Assembly: GCF_009914755.1 (NCBI RefSeq)
Contig: NC_060934.1
Direction: 5' to 3' (one strand)
DNA: 64,000 nucleotides
Source: the human T2T-CHM13v2.0 reference genome, Homo sapiens
Shown: positions 28,115 through 40,919 of the stretch, piece after piece
Position numbering within the stretch: the first letter of the stretch is position 1
Layout: each line of letters begins with the position of its first letter
Translations under genes and position numbers: made by a program
The notes under the pieces: generated by a model
Told to the model about the DNA's origin: nothing
The model's database searches: none
Seen by the model: only the letters and a program-made list of their open reading frames with translations

Positions 28115-30869
28115 ACAAAACACTGCTCAAAGAAATCAGAGACAACACAAACAAATGGGAAAACATTCCATGCTCATGGATAGGAAGAAATCAATATTAT
28201 TGAAATGGCCATACTGCCCAAAGCAATCTACAGATTCAACAATATTCCTATCAAACTGCCAATGACATTTTTCACAGGATTAGAAAAAGAGTATTCTAAA
28301 GTTCAAATGGAACCAAAAAAAGAATTTGAATAGGCAAAACAATCCTAAGCAAATAGAATAAAGCCAGAGGCATCACATTACCCAACTTCAAACTATACTC
28401 TAAGGCTACAGTAACCAAAAGGGCATGGTATTTGTACAAAAACAGTCACATAGACCAATGTAACAGAATAGAGAGCCCAGAATCAAAGCTACACACCTAC
28501 ATCCATTTGACAAAGTTTACAAAAACAAGCAATGGGGAAAGGACTCCCTATTCAATAAATAGTGCTGGGACAGCTGACTAGTCATATGCAGAAGAATGAA
28601 ACCAGACACTTATCTTTAACCACATATAAAAATTAACTCAAAATGGATTAAATATTTAAATGTAAGACCTCAAACTATAGGATTTCCTAGGAAACACCAT
28701 TCTGGACATTGACTTTGGGAAATAATTTATCACTAAATCCTCAAAACCATTTACCAAAAAAAAAGTGAGAAGTGGGATCTAATTAAACAGAAGAGCTTCT
28801 GCAAAGGAAATTATCAACAGAGCAGACAGACAATCTACAGAATGGGAGAAAATATTCACAAGCTAGGCATCTGACAAAGGTCTAATAGCTAGAATTTATA
28901 AGAAACTTAAACAATTAGATAAGCAAAAACCAAATAACCCCATTAAAAAGTGAGCAAAGGACATGAACAGACACTTCTCAAAAGAAGACATACAGGTGGC
29001 CAACAAACATATGAAACAATGCTCCACATCACTATTCATCAGATAATGCAAAATAAAACCACAATGGGACACCACCTCACAGAATGGCTATTATGAAAAA
29101 TGAATGGCTATTATGAAAAAGTCAAAAAAACAACAGATGCTGGCAAGGCTATGGAGAAAAAGGGGATGCTTATATATTGTTGGTAGGAATGTAAATTAGT
29201 TCAACCCCTGTGGAAAGGAGTTTGGAGATTTCTGAAAGAACTTAAAACAGGACTATCATCTGGCCCAGCAATCCCACTACTGAGTATATAACCAAAAGAA
29301 AATAAATCATTCTACCAAAAAGACACATGCACTCATATGTTCATCACAGCACCATTCACAATAGCAAAGACATGGAATCAACATAGATGCCCATCAGTGG
29401 TGGACTGGATAAAGAAGACACAGTACATATAGACCATGGAATACTATGCAGCCATAAAAAAGATTGAAGTTGTGTCCTCTGCAGCAACATGGATGCAGCT
29501 GGAGGCCATTATCTTATGCAAGTTAACACAGAAACAGAAAACCAAATACCACACGTTCTCATTTATAAGTGGGAGCTAAACATTGGATACTCATGGGCAT
29601 AAGGATAGCAACAAGCTTTCTTGGGGACTAGTAGAGGTGGGGACATTGGGAACTACTAGAGGTTAGAGGAAGAAGAGGAGTAATAGCTGAAAAACTACCT
29701 ATTGTGTACTATGCCCACTACCTGGGTCACAGGATGAATCTTAGCCCAAACCTTAGCAGCTTGCAATATAACCATGTACATGTACAAACCTGCACATGTA
29801 CCCCTTGATTCTAAAATTAAAATTAAAACAGAAAGAAAGATAAAAACCTCCCTAGTGACTATGCTGACCCATTTAAGGTCACAGCAAGAGCAGCAGTACC
29901 CAAGTTAGGTGGTGATAACACAGTGGAAGTTAGACCCAGTGATGATAGAAATTAAACCCAATTTTACTTTCTCATCCTTGGCTTTTTGTTTTCTACTAGT
30001 AACAAGTGTTAATCTCCCCTTTGAACAGGAGTATGTGGCTTCACTGCAGCACTTTCAGTCAGAGACAGAGGCTAACGGCATACCTAGCCAAAGCACAAGA
30101 AACCTAAAAGGCCTCAGCTTTGGTCTGATTCCACTCAGAAAAGCTTTCCTTCAAATAAGTCAACTAGACGTCTCTTCCTTTTAAAGCCAACAGTGATCAT
30201 CTGATAGGAAACACTTCTTTGTTGGTTTTCTTTTGTTTCAGTGAAATTCATATTTTCCCTACAGGGATATAAATAATGCCGTATCTTCTGCTATTTAAAA
30301 ATTCCTAATTAGAAGCCTTTTATGTTATAAAGCTGCTAAAAAGCAACCCAAACCTAAGGGAATTTTAAAAGATAAGTTATTGGTGACATAGATGTTACAA
30401 CTTAAGCTATGAAGTCAAAAGTGTTGATTGATGAGGCACAGAAGGAGTCTTGTTCACACTCATTCACCTGTTTCATTTTTGAGACTGTCCATGCCCTGGG
30501 AACAAGAATCTACTTTAGCCAGAAATACATAGGCGTGCTGGATGAAGTTGAAGTTTGCCTCCAGAATTAAGGTCTTTTTGTATATGTCACCTCATATCTG
30601 ATAAACAGACCACTTATCTGGATTCTGATCTTCACCATCTTCTTTTACTATATGGGTTCATGACCCTCCACCCTTCACCTAGTACTCAATTCCAATAGAT
30701 CTTCTAGTTCTTGATAGTCTAGATATTTAACCACTACTTTTGCTTCACTGTGTCTTCCTAATTCCTGTATTTTTGCTTCATTTCTTACCTGTGACTTTCA
30801 CATCTAGTATTTGTATCTACATTCAATTTCTGCTTCCCTACCATACTTTGGTAGGTCCCCAAGTTTAAC

Positions 30870-31010
30870 CTCTATGTGCCTCAGTTTTCTCATTCATAGA
30901 ATGAGAAAAACAGTAAGATTATTGTAAAAGTATTTCAAGGATTACAGGAAATAATAAGTAAAGTGATTAGCATAACCTGAGATAGAGAAAGTGCCAAATA
31001 ACTGCTAGCT
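30870..31010 (+). mobile_element. MIR fragment
   Basis: ctctatgtgcctcagttttctcattcatagaatgag core. Confidence 0.6.
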
Positions 31011-32690
31011 GCACTCAAGCATATTTATGCCTGAATAAGAGCTTTGTCCTCTGATTTTGTTCTACATTTGTGGAAATAGATAATAGCCATTTGCTACCTT
31101 AAGAGAAATTCCTTTGTTTTATATATGAAGAATTATTCTCTTCTTACCTTTCTCTTCTAAGGGTTAAGTAAATTCATTTTCTTTCTAATGAATCATGTTT
31201 TCTCACACTTTAGTCATTTTACTACTTTCTTCCAAGGTCTCCAATCTTATTTTAGTTGTAGAAAAAAATACAAATCTCCAGTAATATTGATACCAATCCA
31301 AAAAGTATTTAACTAAACCTATCATCCCAAATGATTACCTGGCACCCCCAGCCATGATGAGGCCCCATCAGTGTCCCAGGCAATGCTCCCCATTCTGCCC
31401 AATGCTTCAGAGGAACCAAGATGCTACTGACTGCACTAAGCACCAAAGAGCCACTCCAGCACTTGGATCCAGGAAGAAATAGCAACACCAAAAAAGCCTG
31501 CGAAAGTGTCAGTTTTCTGTGCATAGTTCAGTTAACAGCTAGATAACACCAATCATCCAAGGCATAACTGTTATAGGTTTTGACAGTAAGACATCCCCCT
31601 TGGCAAAAAATGTCTCCTCCACTGGCTGCCAAGGCTCCTGATCATCCTAGGATCACCTCCTGTGTGTTGATTAAGCTTTTGCTGGCTGAGACGCAGCTGG
31701 CCTTTACAGCAGGAAACCCACGGAAGAGTGTGTACGTGTGTGTCCTCTCTCAACTTCTGGCTGAGTCACTCAAATCAAATAGTCACTGAAACATAAAGGG
31801 GGTTCCCTACACCTAATTTTGGTGGTAGGGGAAAAAATGTAAAATCATCTGGGGCAATCAAGGACTATTTTCAGGAACATTTGTCTTTAAAATCTAAAAT
31901 TAAGCCACCTCACAACCTGGGTGGTTCCCCATGGAGGAAAAGAGGATGAGCTCTGAAAAGCTAGAGTTGTAACCTGTATCCTTGGGAACACGGCTATAGG
32001 CAGTGTGAAGAGCTGTACATATAACTGATAAAGGGTCCAGCAGGTTGTCCCATTCCTGCAGGAAGAGCAGAGCCCCAAATCCCATTTCAACCTGCTTTAG
32101 CACTCACACACCTCACCAAGACAGTGGTGACTGCCAGCTTCTCTCTTGACCTTCCTCACCCCTAGGTACCACAGGATGTCTAATGGGAAGGCACAAGAGC
32201 ATAAAACTTGTTGCTCTCAGAGTTCTATGGATGAGGAAACTCTGAAATATGAGGACAGATGTGAGAGAATCTCTAGAAACCTTAAGCTTAGGACAGAAGG
32301 AGGAGAGCATCCCGCTCACACTGTCTAACAATTTAATAGGGATTCATGCATCTAAGTATGTTTGTGAGGGAGGTAGATGTTAAGAAATCATACATACAGA
32401 CCCTCGTTGAGTTTCGAAATTGGAGGTTCTTGGGCAACAAGGGACAGCATGGGGTAACAGACTGTTTGGGGAGGAGAGGAAGGGAAAGACAGGAAATGAA
32501 AAATTAAGCACCTGGCTAGAACAGTACAGGGATACAAGGATGGTATTTGGGAAATATACCAAAATAATTAACTTTTGAAAGCAAGAAATGAAGACATTGA
32601 AAGGAAATAAATGGCTCTCCAAGAACCAGAAAGACAAGTATGAAATGGGCAAGACTCTATGGGTCAGAGATCCCTTGCATCAGCTGATTT

Positions 32691-33371
<681 letters not shown>

Positions 33372-35574
33372 TAGTACTTGATTATTTTTCCCTAACATGT
33401 ATCAGTACAGCTAGTATCACATAGGTAAAAAACCAAACTAAATTCCTTTTTATAGAACAATTATTTCTATATCCCTGTTAATGTATCTTTTACAGATTTC
33501 CCTGGGAGTCTTTTCTTTATGTACCTAAGATTTAAATTTCACTTGCAGTAGTAAATTATTTAAACTCAATTCAAAATGAAATGTGTTTTCATTTAATTAT
33601 CGGAAATGCATTTCATAATGCCAAGTGCTGGTTAAAAGTAAGTAATTTCCCCCATTCCTCACCCAAGCCACCTCTGCACCACCACCCACAAAAACAAATT
33701 AGTCTTTTTGGTTGAGAAAAATGAATCATTACTTCTCAACCTAAGTTGCAACTTGTCATTTTTCATTTGAGCATGTATTCACTAGAAGCAGGTGCTCTTT
33801 GCTCTTTTGACAGTAACCAAACATTTAAGCGTGGAAAGAGACCAAGAAAAGCACCTTGGCCCACCTTCTCAGGGGCTTAGATAAGTATCTGGAAAAAAAT
33901 CAATATCATGGAAATGAAGTGCCAAATTGTTTTAAAACTGCTTAGCTCTCACTATTGCTCCTAGGACTGAATGCAACAAAACCAATTAGCAGGCATTCAC
34001 TGAGGCAGGAAATAGAGTGGAAAGAAAGGGTAGAAATGGAGAAAATGAGGAAATAAAAATATATTAAATTTATATATACTTAAGTATATTTATAATACAT
34101 GATTTTATATATATATATATATACACACATTAGGTGTGTGTATATACATATATTCATTCATTCATTTAAATTTTGGACATGTTGAGCTTGAAAAGCCCAT
34201 TAAGTAACTAGATAAAGTTGCTTTGGGTTCCACATTTAAGTGAGATCATGTAATATTTGTCTTTTTGTATCTAGGTCATTTCATTCCTCTTGAAAAGAAA
34301 ACTCATCACAGGTATCTTTAACACAAAGCACCAATCTTAATGTAATTTTATTCTCATGTATTTTCCCACTGGTCATAAATTTTGAAGGCCCTAATTTGCT
34401 TTCCATTGCCCATGTTCTAATCTGAATTCATCCAAGAGTGAAACTGATGCGAAATCTCATCTTCTATTTCTCTTAATGTTAAGCACTTTGTTTCTTAAAT
34501 TGATGCTGTAGACAATTTATGTAGCCAAACAGAAATGTCACAACAATTTTGGGAAACATCTCAAGTTATTTGTTTCAAAGAAAGAAAATAAATTATTTTA
34601 CCAAGAGATAAGTGAAAACATTGTTTTTCAATCCCTTTAAACATTTATGATCGAATTCTGGATAGCCAAGGTGATGGCAGCTGCTTAAGTCTGAATCTCC
34701 CAGCACATACTCCAAAAATAAAAATAAAAAATAAATAAAACTACAGAAAACCTATGCTGTCAGCATAACTAGAAAAGAGAGAACAACCTAGATTTCAAAT
34801 TACACGTGAATAAAAAATTAACACCAACTCTTAGCATGGAATTTCTCACCCTTCTGGTGCAAGCCTACCTGGGGAACAAGGGCAAGATGGGGCCAGAGTG
34901 GAGGGATGGTGGGAGATGGGGGAGAACCATACTGAAAACAGAAGAGAGAACCTAGCAATGAAATTTAAAATTGATCTAAAATCACAGCTATAAAGAGAAA
35001 TTCTACTCTCATTGCAAAAATAATGGAAAAAGAGTCCTGGTAGATCAGAGCCTACTAGAAGGAGGAATGAGTATGTGGGGCTCTAAGAGGTGGTCTTAGA
35101 AAGGCCTTGGGAGAGAGAAGGGTAACAAAGGAATGGAGAAGCACTCTGGAAACTACACAGTGAACATAAGAAGAAATAAGAAAGGGAAAATCAGAATCCA
35201 GTAAGACAAAAGAATTTTTCTTAATTGAAGAAAGCTACTGAGGAAATAAACTATCTTTTACAACCTTAACAGAAGAGTTCTAACCAGGGATCTTGTAAAC
35301 CATCCCAAACCATCACAGAATTGCTGAGGCTTAAGCAACCTACAAGTATTCTAAAAAGAAAAAAAAACTAATATGACAGGAAAACAGAAATAAAAATTTT
35401 AAAAACTCAGTTGAAAATATCCCCTCAAAAAAACCAATAGTGAATCAAAATAAAATAGTAGCATAATATCCCAAAGTGAATCAAACAGCCTCAAAAGATT
35501 ATGAAGACTTTCACCAAAATTACAGACAGATATAGATAGAAATAAGAATATAGATATACACAAAACTGTGCAAC

Positions 35575-37080
35575 CATAGTTCATTTGGCAACCATTTATT
35601 AAAACATTAAAAATCAACTTTGTCCCTGGCACTGTCCTAGTTGTTGGGGAATAGAGAGGAAACATTCTCTATGACTTCAAGGAGCTTATTACAGTAGAAG
35701 GAGAAACACATACAGTATGACAAGTGATGGGATAAAAGTATACAGGAAATCCTTTCGAAACACCATAAAGTAGTATCTACCTCCAAATTAGGAGCCATCA
35801 CATATGCAACTGAAGTACAAGTAAGAGCCAGATCAGAAAATTCCAGGAGGAAAATAATCATGCAGCTGTAACAGTATATGCAAAGGCATGAAGTCAGAAG
35901 AAATGTGATGTATTCAAAGAACGGAAAATACTCTGATATGGCTGAAAACAAAGCTCTGGGAAAATAAAGGGTCACAGTTGCTTTATACAATTTAGATTTC
36001 ATTCTAAAGGCAACAGAGAACCAGAACCATTGAAGGATTTTTACTTGAGGATATGTTCAGATTTTCATTTTAAAATAATCCTTCCAGTAATAATATTTAG
36101 GCTGAATTAGAAAGGGGTGAATTTGAATGCAAGATAACCAGTTAGCAGGCATTCACCAACAAGGAATATAAGTGGAAAAAAAGTATAGGAATGGAGGAAA
36201 GAAAAGATAATATATTAAATGTATATAAAAATGTATTTACAATATATGATATATAATACGTTTAAATTTTGGACATCTTGAGCTTGAACACCTCATTAAG
36301 TAACTGGATAAAATCTTGAATTGAAGAGAAATATATGGGGTAGAAATAAAGATATGGGAATCATCCAATTGTTAGATTAAAGGCAGTTATTGACTCCGTG
36401 GGTGTATATGATTTTACTCTATAGAGTATACAGAGGGTGTAGGGGAAAGAAAGAAAAATGAGAAGGAGAGAAAAGGAAGAGCAAGTTATGTTCTGGGCAA
36501 TATCAACATTTACTCTGACAGGAACTGGGAAGAGTCCAGACATGTAGGAGAAAAATTGGGAGAAAAAAAAAGAAAATTAAGATTTACAGGAAAAAAGAAC
36601 AGTTGAAGTTAAAAGGTCTGAAAAATGTCAGTTGGATAAGTGATCATAATAACAGTGTTTGTGCAAGTGAAAGGCAGAAACTAGATTACTGAGAAGTGAA
36701 AAGTCAAGTTAATAAAAAATAGTATATACAAACCTCTCCTTAGAAATGTTTGACTTCTGACTCACTTGTATACTTAACCTTTCATATCATTCATTTCTCC
36801 AACAAGTGTTTATTGAGTGCCACTTAATATCAAGAGAGACAATGTGCTTATGTCCCAATGGAGAAGCCAGGCAATAAACAACTTAAAGATCAAATGTGCA
36901 AGATAATTTCCTACAGTGATAACTGCTATGAAGAGGCGAAAGTCTACATTAGATTAATCAGAGAAATCCACTGTAAGGAAGTGATACTTAAGCTGAACCC
37001 TGAATGATAAGAAGGAATTGTCCTGTGAGCTCTAGGGGAAAATCATTCCACGAAGAGGGAACAGCAAGTACTAAGGACAG
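35575..37080 (-). mobile_element. L2 fragments
   Basis: cattcatt..tttattgagtgcc, gattcattctaaaggcaac, ttggacat.ttgag motifs. Confidence 0.65.
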
Positions 37081-37598
37081 ATTAGCAAGCACATAATTAA
37101 AACATCCACAGTAATAACTATACTGATACTTACATCCACCCAACAACTGCTAATAAAACCATGCCTTCACTGAGTCTGCTGGCAGGGCTGTTGAGCTGGT
37201 CACAAGGAGGCAAATAAGCTGGCTCATATTGAAATAAGAGAGGAAGGAATCATAGAAAAAGAAAAGACCATGGAAACCTCCCCTCCTCTACAATTAACAA
37301 TTTTAAACTGTTGGGAGTATTTCATGTTCATTGAATGAACAAAAATGTTAATAATAGATTGCCCTAAATCTTGAATTTTAGCTGCATTTTGAAGATCCTT
37401 GAAGCAATAAAAATGCCTGTGCTTTTTAAAGGTAGTTTTGTTTTGTTTTTTTAAAAGGCGGGGGTTGCCTTTCAGGCCAGATTTCTTTGATTTCCTGTTT
37501 CAGAAGCTTCACCTAGCTCAACGTGGGGGAAAAAAAAAAAAAAGCTCGCAAAAGGAATATTTGTACAGCATAGCTTTTATGTTAAGAGTTTGATTTTA

Positions 37599-37911
<313 letters not shown>

Positions 37912-38098
37912 TTAACATGTATTTTTTAAGGTATATATTAACATTTCTTTTTAATTATTTTCATGATTAACTGGAATTTTTGTGGCATCTGATACTTAAT
38001 GGAAATAGAACACCAGTTAACAAAACTAGCTCCAGGAAACATTCGACTCCCTCGCTTCTGTCCAAAAATGGATGTAGTTAGTAAGCAGGTCAGCGCAC

Positions 38099-38249
38099 CT
38101 AAAATCTTTCAGAAACTTAGCATGAGGAAAAGAAGAAAGACAGGACTGTCGCTGGATGGGGTATTGCTTTGAAAGAAGGTTACCATTGCTGCTGCTGTTG
38201 TTGCCAGCATCGTCATGTCGTTTGGATCAAACTTTAACAGGTTAATATG
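38099..38249 (-). other. Candidate minus-strand exon (non-coding or terminal)
   Basis: Strong acceptor TTTTTTTCTACTCATTTTTCCTTTTCAG; possible donor TAG|GTGCGC; unique sequence retaining CpGs. Confidence 0.3.
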
Positions 38250-39214
38250 CTGAAAAGGAAAAATGAGTAGAAAAAAATGAAAAGTTGACAGTAAAGGCAA
38301 AATACAACTTCCTATAAAGGAAGGTCCTCAGGGGACAGAAGAAAATGGGATTCAGAATACAGGATTATTCTGGGCACAAGAGAAAACTAAGTTTAAGGAT
38401 AGCATACTTTTTGTGACTCTGGGATCTCAAAATAGATGCTGAAACCCAGCTATCCAAACCAGATGAAATGCTTCATACAATCACTATGGATTCCACTGAA
38501 GAAGAAAACTGAGGGTTTTTTTAATTGCTTTATAATTTGAAAGTTGCTGATAATTAGAGCTATTTAACTCAGCACAACATTCTTCTAAATGGCATCATTG
38601 TGTCACTGTACTATTTTGGTTAAACTCCCACTGGTTTAATTTCAGAAACATCCTTTGAATAAAATGCCAAGTTAAAAAGAAGTAATATCTCATTATTTCT
38701 TTAAAATAATTCAATTAATTTCAAAAGGATGTTTCCTGGGAAAGACTTGTAAGGTTTCTTTTGTAGGCCTGACCATAACACAAGAGTACATTATAGAAAA
38801 TAGCAGCAGCTACCTACCAGTCAGTTTTTAAGAGCACCTTTCTTTACACAATAAATATGTTCCTGAGGAGCTTTTTAAATTTTGAATGTGTATTGTGGAG
38901 GCTATTTGGACCTGCAAAAACCTGATGCTGCCATTTACTATTTGTGTGTTCTAGAACAAGCTACTAAATAGGTTACCCTCTCGAAATTTTCTAGGGATTA
39001 AATATTTTCCATTCTATTTGGCCTAATTGGGCTGCCTCAGAAAGACAGACTAACCCATCAAGAATTAAGAATTACTTCTTGAACTGAGAATTACTTCTTC
39101 TATGAAATGTAATATTAACACCTGTTGTGGGGCACCCACCTGTTGTCAAACTTCAAAGATGGATAAAGCACAGGATAGTTTGATTCCTTCACTGGCTCAG
39201 GGCACCAAAGAGTT

Positions 39215-39401
39215 GTGTTGCCAGATTTAGCAAATAAAACATTCCCAGTTAAATTTCACTTTCAAAAAGAATAAATATTTTTATTAGCATAAGTGTGCCC
39301 CATGCAATATTTGAGACATAATTCTACTAGAAAATTATTCATCATTGATATGAAATTCAAATTTAACTGGGCATTCTGTATTATTTTATCTGGCAACCCT
39401 A
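39215..39401. mobile_element. MER53-like hAT MITE (palindromic)
   Basis: Inverted ends gttgccagat..atctggcaac and ccagttaaatt..aatttaactgg. Confidence 0.75.
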
Positions 39402-40822
39402 ACCAAAGCAACAGCTTGTCTCCCACCTGGCTATGGCAGAAGTGGAATACAAAAGTCAAAGTACATGATAAAGTGCTGTACCCACACACACCGCCATCTA
39501 AACCTCTGTATACTTCCAAAATTACAATGTTTCCTGACTGAGGCCTGCTTCCCCTGCTCTCCTCCATGTGATCAAGCTCCCTGACACCCTCTCTCCACTG
39601 ACTTCTACCCACACTCTGGACCTAAGACAAAATTTCTGATGCCCCTACACACTATCCCAGAACTAAAAAGACTCCAAGGTTACAACATGGCAGAAACATT
39701 CTCTCCGTTTCCCTAAGACTCCTAGAAGCATTTTTTAGAGTCATAGGTCCATACAGGGCCTGAGATTCACTGGCCATCTCAGATCTCCCAAATTTCATTG
39801 CAGTAAATTCTATCATGTCTCCTACCCTGGAGGAATGGGCGGGTAGTGGCAGACAGTAGTGGTAGACCAGCACAAAAACAAACCATGTCTAAGTTTATTC
39901 TATTCCTATCCAACTCTCCTCTTCTCCCCAAGTTGGAGGGTATTTGCTCAGGAGGCACAGAAGAGGTGACATGGAAGAGGCAGTATAACAACTTGGTTAT
40001 GCCTATTGTCTCTCATTCCAAAATATCAAGAATTTGCCATTTTTTATTACTTAGGCCTGATTTGAAACTTACATCCTGTGTGAGTGGCCCAATAGGGGAG
40101 AAAATTGATATTCCCATTATATGGGAATTATAAGGGGAAAATAATATTCCCATTATATGATTATTGTAAGAATTAAGTAAATCAAAGACCTAACCTGTAT
40201 AGTAGGCACTTCCACAGCTTCAGAGATGGAAAATCTGTATTACTAAATAATGTCCAGTAGGCACTATCTCCTAACATTCCAACCTCTCTGTCAATAATTC
40301 ATAAATGAATATTCACATGCTCTAAAAGTTCCTGTTATTATGTGAATAATCATCACATATTTTCTGTGAAAGTGAAATGCTGTGTAGTATATTTCTTATA
40401 TCGAGCACCCTAGTAGAAAGTATTTACATAATGCGGGAAGAGTCTACCTTCTTTCCATAAATTGACTTTCTTTATAATTGTATTATTTTTTACAACCCTT
40501 CTAAAACAAAATGATATCCATGCATAAAGAACACAGCTTTCATCTTGCGGTGTGACAGACTCCTATGTGCCTTTTTATTTTTAATAGACTGGCCTCACAC
40601 ACTGGTGGGGGTTGTATTCATGAATATATGGCTTATGTTTACGGTTAGGAGAAAGATAGGTTTAAAAATAATAATAAAGGACTTTCTGCCTTTACTGAAG
40701 CCACGTTCCCAGCCTTTCATAATTTACTACACTATCTCATTATTTTTTAATGCACTTGCCTTTTTAAAAAAAATCCAAACCTTCCAAATTGTTGCATGAT
40801 AATTTTTCTTCCTTTTCAACAG

Positions 40823-40919
40823 GAGGTTCTCACCCCTCTGTTGTCTACTCCAGCACTGGCCCAAGAGAACCTCTTGTACAACCCAGTTTTAAAGAATGAT
40901 TAAGAAGGATTTCATATAG
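40823..40919 (+). other. Candidate plus-strand exon with stops in all three frames
   Basis: Acceptor TTTTTCTTCCTTTTCAACAG; donor TAG|GTAACT, or AATAAA at 40972. Confidence 0.3.

Noticed and set aside
29082-29120. 20-bp tandem duplication, and a similar one at 20030-20065
   Set aside because: Real, but ordinary slippage events with no sign of function.
34660-35530. Possible HAL1/L1M 5' remnant
   Set aside because: The sequence is purine-rich and suggestive but too diverged to call by eye.
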